Part shown: one piece after another, positions 57,329 to 64,000 of the stretch
Position numbering within the stretch: the stretch's first letter is position 1
Layout of the letters: the number at the start of each line of letters is the position of its first letter
NCBI GenBank assembly: GCA_016215455.1
Contig: JACRJP010000002.1
Location: 151,622-215,621, forward strand
Direction of reading: 5' to 3'
Length of the DNA: 64,000 bases
Source: Candidatus Tayloriibacteriota bacterium
Lineage (GTDB): Bacteria > Patescibacteriota > Minisyncoccia > Phycocordibacterales > PALSA-1337
Made by a program: the position numbers and the translations under genes
Notes under the pieces: generated by a model
The model's input: the letters and a program-made list of their open reading frames with translations, nothing else
Database searches by the model: none
What the model was told of the DNA's origin: nothing

Positions 57329-58399
57329 ATGAACGAAGGTAAAAGCTATACTATTTCGATCACTTCTGGAAGCCTAATTCGAGGTTTTCTTGTAATTATC
57401 CTGTTTCTAGGCCTGTTTTATATCAAAGACATTGTCTTGGTAATGCTTGCAGCTGTTGTGGTGGCTTCTTCCATTGAACCTGCAACAAAATGGTTTGCAC
57501 GTCATAAAGTGCGTCGATTACCTGCGGTCATTCTCATTTACGGAATTCTCGTCCTTCTTCTTGCCGGATTCTTCCTATTCTTTGTTCCGTCACTTCTCAA
57601 CGAAACAATAACGTATCTCAACAATCTTCCTCAGAATATTAGTATTAACGATCTATGGAGTCCGATAAGTGACAGTGGATTGTTCGGTAATACATCAGCG
57701 GTTAATTCTTTGACCCAGCACACATTTTCGATTAGAGAGGTTGTGAGTGCACTTCGAGAGGTTATTTCTGGAACAAGTGAAGGTGCATTCAAAACAGCAA
57801 GTGTACTTTTCGGTGGAGCATTGAGTCTTGTTCTTATTGTCGTACTTTCTTTCTATCTCGCGGTGCAAGAGGATGGGGTGGGGAATTTTTTACGAATTAT
57901 TACTCCAGTTAAGAATCATGATTACATCATTGATTTGTGGAAGCGTTCTCAACTCAAGATTGGATATTGGATGCAAGGCCAGTTACTCTTGGCGGTGATT
58001 ATTGGTCTTCTTGTGTATCTTATTCTCATGATTATTGGTATTCAACATGCGTTGCTTCTTGCAACCATCGCTGCATTATTTGAGCTTATTCCGGTTTTTG
58101 GTCCAATTCTTTCAGCAATTCCTGCTATTGTTATTGCGATGGGAGACAAGGGTCTTACATCAGCGATTATTGTAACAGCTGGGTATCTTATTATTCATCA
58201 GTTTGAAAATCATTTGTTGTATCCACTTGTAGTGCGTAAGATTGTTGGAGTATCACCAATTCTTGTTATTCTTGCTTTGGTGGTTGGTTTCAAACTCGCT
58301 GGATTCCTGGGAGCCATTCTTGCAGTTCCAATGGCTGCGGTTCTCATGGAATATGTAAATGATATTGAAAAGAGTAAGGCGCAGAAAATTCTACAGTAA
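57329..58399 (+). CDS. AI-2E/UPF0118 family transporter-like membrane protein
   Basis: 356 aa with about 8 TM helices in the arrangement typical of PerM/YdiK-type proteins. Family call tentative. Confidence 0.45.
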   Translation: MNEGKSYTISITSGSLIRGFLVIILFLGLFYIKDIVLVMLAAVVVASSIEPATKWFARHKVRRLPAVILIYGILVLLLAGFFLFFVPSLLNETITYLNNLPQNISINDLWSPISDSGLFGNTSAVNSLTQHTFSIREVVSALREVISGTSEGAFKTASVLFGGALSLVLIVVLSFYLAVQEDGVGNFLRIITPVKNHDYIIDLWKRSQLKIGYWMQGQLLLAVIIGLLVYLILMIIGIQHALLLATIAALFELIPVFGPILSAIPAIVIAMGDKGLTSAIIVTAGYLIIHQFENHLLYPLVVRKIVGVSPILVILALVVGFKLAGFLGAILAVPMAAVLMEYVNDIEKSKAQKILQ

Positions 58400-58410
58400 A
58401 CCTAACCGAT

Positions 58411-59850
58411 ATGTCAGTAAAAAATTTCTACATTACAACAACGCTTCCATATGTGAACTCAGATCCTCACATTGGTTTTGCTATGGAAATTATTCGAGCA
58501 GATGCAATTGCACGATTTCATAAACTACAAGGTGATAACGTGTTCTTTAATACAGGAACCGATGAGCATGGTCTCAAAATTTACCAAAAAGCCTTTAATC
58601 TTGGTCAGAATACCCAGGATTTTGTTGATGGCTATGCAGAGGCTTTCAAGAATCTAAAAGGAATTCTCAATCTCAGCGAAGACCTTCATTTTGTTCGAAC
58701 AACTGACTCGAGACACGTTGAGGCTGCACAAGAATTCTGGAAGCGCTGCAATGATAATGGATATATTTACAAGAAGCTATATCAAGCAAAGTATTGCTCA
58801 GGTTGTGAACTAGAAAAGACTGATGTTGAAATAGAGAATGGACACTGTTTCATCCATCCGAATATTGACCTTATTCTTATTGATGAAGAAAATTACTTTT
58901 TCAAATTCTCTGAATTTCAGAAACCTCTCCTTGAATTTTATGCGAAGCATCCGGATTTTGTTGTTCCAGATTTTCGTTTCAATGAAATAAAAGCTTTTGT
59001 CGAGCGAGGTCTCCAAGATTTTAGTATCTCTCGATTGAAGAGTAAGATGCCGTGGGGAGTGCCTGTACCAGGAGATGATGGTCATGTGATGTATGTATGG
59101 TTCGATGCTCTCGTGAGCTATATTTCAACACTAGGATGGCCAAAGGATACTGCATCATTTGAACAGTGGTGGGTTTCTACTGGTGGTGTAGTCCAGTATT
59201 GTGGTAAGGATAATCTTCGTCAGCAATCAGCGATGTGGCAAGCAATGCTCATGGCTGCAGGGCTACCTAATTCTAAGCAGATTGTTATCAATGGTTTCAT
59301 TACAAGTGGGGGACAGAAGATGTCGAAGAGTCTTGGAAATGTTGTCAGTCCTATTGATATCGTTAATGAATTTGGTACAGATGCTTTGCGTTACTATGTA
59401 CTTCGCGAGTTTTCTCCATTTGAAGACAGTGATTTTACACTTGAAAAGTTTAAGGAGTCATACAATGCAGGTTTAGCAAACGGTCTTGGGAATCTCGTGA
59501 GTCGAGTTATGAAAATGGCAACGACATATGATGTTCGATTGCCTGATGTTGCTTTGGTGGTTGATGAAGAAAAATACACAAAGGCGTTTGAAAGTTTTGA
59601 GATAAATAAAGCATGTCAGTATATTTGGAGTCTCATTCAAGATGCTGATCGTCTCATTCAAGAAACTGAACCATTCAAACTCATCAAAACTGATCCAGAA
59701 AAGGCAAAGAAGATTGTGGGGGATTTATTGAGTCGGATAAACTTCATTGCCGTAGTACTTCGACCTATCCTTCCAGAAACATCAAAAATAGTTGAGGAAT
59801 GTGTTACATCACACACAATGCCTGAGAAGCCTCTTTTCTTGAGAAAGTGA
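58411..59850 (+). CDS. metG: Methionyl-tRNA synthetase (short form)
   Basis: YITTTLPYVNSDPHIGF (HIGH-like), Cys-containing insertion CSGCELE.., KMSKSLGN. 479 aa. Confidence 0.85.
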   Translation: MSVKNFYITTTLPYVNSDPHIGFAMEIIRADAIARFHKLQGDNVFFNTGTDEHGLKIYQKAFNLGQNTQDFVDGYAEAFKNLKGILNLSEDLHFVRTTDSRHVEAAQEFWKRCNDNGYIYKKLYQAKYCSGCELEKTDVEIENGHCFIHPNIDLILIDEENYFFKFSEFQKPLLEFYAKHPDFVVPDFRFNEIKAFVERGLQDFSISRLKSKMPWGVPVPGDDGHVMYVWFDALVSYISTLGWPKDTASFEQWWVSTGGVVQYCGKDNLRQQSAMWQAMLMAAGLPNSKQIVINGFITSGGQKMSKSLGNVVSPIDIVNEFGTDALRYYVLREFSPFEDSDFTLEKFKESYNAGLANGLGNLVSRVMKMATTYDVRLPDVALVVDEEKYTKAFESFEINKACQYIWSLIQDADRLIQETEPFKLIKTDPEKAKKIVGDLLSRINFIAVVLRPILPETSKIVEECVTSHTMPEKPLFLRK

Positions 59851-59905
59851 CGGAAACCCTCCTTTCTGCTAGACTTACCGCTAATATATTGGTTGCCATA
59901 CAAAC

Positions 59906-60913
59906 ATGCGACGTCCTCCTTTTATTAGCCGTTTATTGCAAAAAATTGCCCCTACAATAGGTGCTACTGTGCATTTGGAGCCTAAGTACGGGTATGTTGG
60001 CCAGATCATATATCCTAATGGTCATAATCGATATTTCCGTGCAACAACTCTTGATATCAACACAACCGGAGCCGCAAAGCTTGCTAAGGATAAAGGGTAC
60101 TGTGCATACTTCTTGAATAAAGAAGGATTTCCAACACCTCCAGGTGAAGCATTTTTTTCAAAAGAATGGGCTGAACACATTCGCTCTGATAGAACTATTG
60201 ATGCTGCGTGGGTGTATGCAGAGAAATTAGGTCTACCTGTTTTTGTAAAGCCAAATAGTAAAAGTCAGGGGAAGGGGGTAGAAAAAGTAGCGAGTAAAGA
60301 AGATTTTTATCGCGCACTTAATTCTATTTTTGAATACGATAAAGTTGCACTGGTACAACGACCTGTTGCGGGTAAGGACTATCGTATTGTGGTGCTCGAC
60401 AATGAAGTTATCTCTGCGTACGAGCGTATCCCTCTTGCTGTTGTCGGAGATGGTGTTTCGAACTTACGAGAATTGCTTGATAGGAAGCAGGCTGGATTTA
60501 TTGCAATTGGTCGCGATACTCTCCTTAAGAAAAATGATCCGCGTATTCAAGCACATCTTGTACGTAATGGACGTGAAGTTGATGCGGTTCCTTTGCATAA
60601 TGAGCGTGTCAGTCTTCTTGATAACGCCAATCTTTCAACAGGTGGAGAGTCAGTTGATGTGACCGAAATAATTCATCCGTTATTTGCAGATATAGCAATC
60701 TCTGTGACGAAAAAAATGGGACTTCGATTGTGTGGAGTTGATATTATTGTTGATGGAGATATAAGTCAGGCGCCACAATCACAACCAAATAATTATTGGG
60801 TGATTGAAATAAATTCTTCACCTGGACTTGATCACTATGCTGCTATTGGTAAGAAGCAGGAAGAAATAGTTGAGAAGTTGTATACTAAAGTTCTTATTGC
60901 GATGGGGAAATAA
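59906..60913 (+). CDS. ATP-grasp domain protein (cyanophycin-synthetase N-domain/RimK-like)
   Basis: Central LGLPVFVKPNSKSQGKGV and later ..DYRIVVLDNEVISAYERIP..VGDG.. fit the ATP-grasp fold. 335 aa. Confidence 0.5.
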   Translation: MRRPPFISRLLQKIAPTIGATVHLEPKYGYVGQIIYPNGHNRYFRATTLDINTTGAAKLAKDKGYCAYFLNKEGFPTPPGEAFFSKEWAEHIRSDRTIDAAWVYAEKLGLPVFVKPNSKSQGKGVEKVASKEDFYRALNSIFEYDKVALVQRPVAGKDYRIVVLDNEVISAYERIPLAVVGDGVSNLRELLDRKQAGFIAIGRDTLLKKNDPRIQAHLVRNGREVDAVPLHNERVSLLDNANLSTGGESVDVTEIIHPLFADIAISVTKKMGLRLCGVDIIVDGDISQAPQSQPNNYWVIEINSSPGLDHYAAIGKKQEEIVEKLYTKVLIAMGK

Positions 60914-60917
60914 ACAT

Positions 60918-61736
60918 ATGACACGTTACATCGATATACACGCACATCTTAATTTTGCAGCATATAATCCTGATCGTAAGGAGGTTATTGAACGTTTAGC
61001 ACAGCAAAATATTGTGTGTATCAATGTCGGTACTCAAAAAGACACATCTTTATCTGCGGTAAAGCTTGCTGAAGAATATTCTCATTTGTATGCAACGATT
61101 GGCTTACATCCAGTACATACAACTAAATCCCATCATGATCTTGCAGAGTTGGGAGAGGGAGGACAGGAGTTTACTTCGCGTGGTGAGGTATATGACGCAA
61201 CAAACTATGTTGAACTCGCTCAACACCCTAAGGTGGTGGCGATTGGTGAGTGTGGACTTGATTACTATCGTAATGATCCGGCATCAGCAGAGCTTCAGAA
61301 AAAAGTTTTCAAGGAGCATATTGAACTTGCAAATAGTGTAGGGAAGCCGCTCATGCTTCATATTCGTAATGCATATGCAGATGCATATGACATGCTCAAG
61401 CAGTACGCAAAAGTAAAAGGAAATGTACACTTTTTTGCTGGTACGTGGGAAGAAGCTCAGAAATTTTTATCTCTTGGATTTACTTTATCCTTTACAGGCG
61501 TTGTTACCTTCGCTGAGTCGTATCATGAGGTCATAAAGAATACTCCACTTGATATGATTATGTCGGAAACAGATAGTCCGTACGTCACTCCCGCACCATA
61601 TCGAGGTCAAAGGAATAGTCCAGAATATGTACCACTTGTTGTAAAGAAAATAGCTGAAATAAAGGGTTTGTCTGAAGAAGAAGTTGCGACTCAGATTCTC
61701 AAAAATGCTGAAAGAGTTTTTTCAGTCAAAATTTAA
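60918..61736 (+). CDS. tatD: TatD-family metal-dependent hydrolase
   Basis: MTRYIDIHAHLNF (HxH). GECGLDYY. Downstream His/Asp/Glu ligands. First ATG at 60918. Confidence 0.8.
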   Translation: MTRYIDIHAHLNFAAYNPDRKEVIERLAQQNIVCINVGTQKDTSLSAVKLAEEYSHLYATIGLHPVHTTKSHHDLAELGEGGQEFTSRGEVYDATNYVELAQHPKVVAIGECGLDYYRNDPASAELQKKVFKEHIELANSVGKPLMLHIRNAYADAYDMLKQYAKVKGNVHFFAGTWEEAQKFLSLGFTLSFTGVVTFAESYHEVIKNTPLDMIMSETDSPYVTPAPYRGQRNSPEYVPLVVKKIAEIKGLSEEEVATQILKNAERVFSVKI

Positions 61737-61930
61737 TAAAAATTGAAATATATTTCATATGTGCTGAGCTATAATCTCACCACAGTTCACTTGTGTCGCC
61801 TTACGCATGAGTGTGATTGCAATACGTCGTTTGGTGTGGTAATGTAGACCCCACGTGAGTTATTTATAAAGTTAATAATGGTAGTCGAGTATTAGTCATA
61901 CTTGCTCCGCTTATATGGGCGGATTACTGC

Positions 61931-62411
61931 CATCACACATATGGATACAGAAAAAACTATCGGAAACGATGGATCAAAGGTGTACGAAGTAGGTTACATT
62001 ATTGTCCCATCAGTTCCAGAAGAGAAGGTTCAAAGTCATGTAGATGCTCTTAAGGCTCTACTTGCAAAGAATAAGGCAGAGATTATTGCCGATGAAAATC
62101 CAACACTTCGACCACTTGCATATCGCATGCAGAAGAAGATTGGGGCAACTAATCATAAGTTTGATCAAGGATACTTTGGTTGGATTAAATTTGAACTCGA
62201 CAAAGGTTCTATTGAAAAGATTAAAGTAGCTCTTGATACAGACGAAGCAATTCTTCGACATCTTCTCATTACTACTGTGGCTGAGAATACATATCTTGGT
62301 AAGTCATCTCTTCTTATTAAAGAAGAAGGTGCAGCAGAAAAGACTCCTGATGCTGTTATTGCTGAAGGTGAAGTTTCTGTAGCGGAAGTTACTCCCGAGG
62401 TGGTCAAATAG
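61931..62411 (+). CDS. rpsF: 30S ribosomal protein S6 (with C-terminal extension)
   Basis: YEVGYIIVPSV...LRPLAYRMQKK matches S6 (YEIVFMV...RQLAYPI). Start at the internal ATG. Confidence 0.75.
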
Positions 62412-62471
62412 GCGTACTGCGTATAGAATTGTAGTGTAAGGCACTCATTCATCAATTAAATAAAACGTTGT

Positions 62472-62936
62472 ATGTATCTCAATAAAGCATTCGTTATAGG
62501 AAATCTTACTCGTGATCCTGAGCTCAAGGCTCTTCCATCGGGTATTAAGGTATGTTCATTCAGTGTTGCAACTAACCGCGTGTGGAAGGATAAGAACGGT
62601 GTTCGACAGGAGAATACTGATTATCACAACATTGTGGTGTTTGCTAAACAAGCAGAGACAGCAGCGCAATACCTCAAGAAAGGAGCCTCAGTCTTTGTAG
62701 AAGGCCGAATGCAGACTCGTTCATGGGAACAAGAGGGTCAGAAAAAATATCGCACAGAAATCATCGCAGACCGCGTACAGTTTGGTCCTCGAACAAGCGG
62801 GGGAGAAGGTTTCACTCCAAAGAGTGATGGGGCAGCAGCGGCAGGTAAGGCTTCTACAAAGGAGCAGCCTACAGCTCCTATGGATACGATCGAATACCCA
62901 GAAGAAGAGATCAATCCAGACGACATCCCATTCTAA
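62472..62936 (+). CDS. ssb: Single-stranded DNA-binding protein
   Basis: MYLNKAFVIGNLTRDPEL OB-fold start. Acidic C-terminal tail ending DDIPF. Confidence 0.9.
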   Translation: MYLNKAFVIGNLTRDPELKALPSGIKVCSFSVATNRVWKDKNGVRQENTDYHNIVVFAKQAETAAQYLKKGASVFVEGRMQTRSWEQEGQKKYRTEIIADRVQFGPRTSGGEGFTPKSDGAAAAGKASTKEQPTAPMDTIEYPEEEINPDDIPF

Positions 62937-62967
62937 ATCTAAGCAATTATTAAGTTAATTATTCAAT

Positions 62968-63180
62968 ATGGCACAAGCAGCTAAACAGTGTTACTTTTCA
63001 AAAAACAATATTAAGCAAATTGACTATAAGGATACTGAAATTCTCAAGAAATTCATTAACCCTCACGGTCGTATGATTAGTCGAAAGAAGACTGGTGTAA
63101 GTGCTCGAAGTCAGCGACAGTTGGCAACAGCTATCAAGCGAGCTCGATATATCGGTTTACTTCCGTTCGTAACTCGTTAA
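62968..63180 (+). CDS. rpsR: 30S ribosomal protein S18
   Basis: ..KFINPHGRMISRKKTGVSARSQRQLATAIKRARYIGLLPF. Confidence 0.9.
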   Translation: MAQAAKQCYFSKNNIKQIDYKDTEILKKFINPHGRMISRKKTGVSARSQRQLATAIKRARYIGLLPFVTR

Positions 63181-63201
63181 TCAAGAGAAGTTTAAACAAA
63201 A

Positions 63202-63266
63202 GAAAAACCGTTTCACTGTACTCAAAAGGCACATTTGCCTACGAGAATACTTTGAAACGGTTTTTC
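63202..63266. terminator. Bidirectional terminator between rpsR (+) and efp (-)
   Basis: Perfect 13-bp inverted repeat GAAAAACCGTTTC ... GAAACGGTTTTTC flanked by A/T runs. Confidence 0.6.
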
Positions 63267-63279
63267 TTTTGTTCAGATA

Positions 63280-63852
63280 TTATTTCCCAACTCGTTCACG
63301 ATACTCACCAGTTTCTGTATTGATGCGAATTACATCACCTTCATTAACGAACATTGGTACGTTGATGTTTGCGCCTGTCTCAAGAATGACGGTCTTTGAA
63401 CCCCCTGTGACAGTGTCACCCTTTACTGCTGGAGCCGCTTCAGTAACCTTGAGTTCAACTGTTATTGGGTGTTTGATACCAAGTACAAGCTCACCAAAGA
63501 GAAGGGTGGTGACAATAGAGTTTGCTTTCAAGAAACGTCCTTGGTCACCAACAATTTCTTCTTTGATACTGTAACGTTTGCTCGGATCAGTTGGACTGCA
63601 GAACCAGTATTCACCCTTATTTTTATAGAGGAATTTTGCTTCTACTTTGTCGATTTCAGCTTCTTCTACCTTTTCTGATTGGTGGAATGAATACTCGGTT
63701 ACTTTACCGGTAATGAGATTCTTGAGTTTAGTGGCATTTACCGGTTTTCGTTGCTGCTTACGGAATACGTGTGACGTAATGACTTCGTAAGGTTGTCCGT
63801 CGTGGACAATGTATTTTCGCTCTACCACCTCGTTATATTCAAGCATTGCCAT
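63280..63852 (-). CDS. efp: Elongation factor P
   Basis: ..KPVNATKLKNLITGKV.. and ..TVTGGSKTVILETGANINVPMFVNEGDVIRINTETGEY.. match EF-P domains I-III. Start at the internal ATG (MAMLEYN). Confidence 0.8.
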   Translation of the reverse strand: MAMLEYNEVVERKYIVHDGQPYEVITSHVFRKQQRKPVNATKLKNLITGKVTEYSFHQSEKVEEAEIDKVEAKFLYKNKGEYWFCSPTDPSKRYSIKEEIVGDQGRFLKANSIVTTLLFGELVLGIKHPITVELKVTEAAPAVKGDTVTGGSKTVILETGANINVPMFVNEGDVIRINTETGEYRERVGK

Positions 63853-63952
63853 AATTCTTTGTCTTTTTACGTAATATACAGGCAATTCTATAGGAGGTTG
63901 GACGAAAAGTCCAATCACTGAGCCTTCTTTTGGAAATATAACAAAATCTAAG

Positions 63953-64000
63953 CTACTGTTTCTTTGAGTTTCTTACGGATCTCTCCAAGAATTTTTTCAC
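63953..64000 (-). CDS. 3' end of an unidentified minus-strand gene (partial, frame ambiguous)
   Basis: Two minus-strand frames stay open from the window edge for about 16 codons (e.g. ..VKKFLERSVRNSKKQ*). Confidence 0.2.
   Translation of the reverse strand: MKKFLERSVRNSKKQ

Noticed and set aside
1155-62455. Numerous 60-130 aa antisense or out-of-frame ORFs in the six-frame track (e.g. 1155-1544-, 8003-8284-, 32375-32665-, 49447-49773-, 62165-62455-)
   Set aside because: They lie wholly inside well-supported genes on the opposite strand or in another frame. They have low-complexity or hydrophobic translations and no motifs. These are typical shadow ORFs of AT-rich DNA.
1-64000. Alternative genetic code (UGA recoding, as in some CPR lineages)
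   Set aside because: Long housekeeping ORFs, for example ileS at 1183 aa, glyA and argS, are continuous with standard stop codons and end at expected positions. There is no sign of in-frame TGA read-through.
1-64000. CRISPR arrays, transposases/integrases, prophage genes
   Set aside because: No regularly spaced direct repeats were seen. No DDE or tyrosine-recombinase-like ORFs were found. No terminal inverted repeats flank the hypothetical-gene patch.

Overview
This 64 kb window is low-GC DNA with about 85 tightly packed, mostly co-directional genes, dominated by housekeeping functions. It resembles a reduced genome of the CPR/Patescibacteria or Gram-positive type, although no rRNA is present to place it.

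Identifiable genes include six aminoacyl-tRNA synthetases (gltX, argS, ileS, glyQS, metG), ribosomal proteins (S20, L19, L11, S6, S18), secE-nusG, efp, ruvA/ruvX/recO/ssb/mutM, a dcd-thyA-mutT-glyA-folD nucleotide and one-carbon set, and a type IV pilus pilM-N-O cluster. There is also a DsbA+VKOR disulfide system, a large exported NHL/beta-propeller protein, and six tRNAs: Arg(GCG), Ser(UGA), Arg(UCU), Val(UAC), Leu(GAG) and an atypical His(GUG).

Long ORFs are uninterrupted under the standard code. No CRISPR array, transposase or integrase was recognised.

The most unusual observations are:
- An isoleucyl-tRNA synthetase carrying an in-frame insertion of about 200 aa with a complete histidine-phosphatase (PGAM/SixA-like) catalytic motif set.
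- Two GC-rich, structured intergenic regions, one upstream of glyA and one between argS and ileS, that look like candidate cis-regulatory or small RNAs.
- A Cys-rich HNH endonuclease immediately followed by a tRNA-His with non-canonical D and T loops.
- An MscL channel with a C-terminal zinc ribbon.
- A few compositional outlier genes.

All product calls rest on motifs read from the supplied translations. No database search was run.
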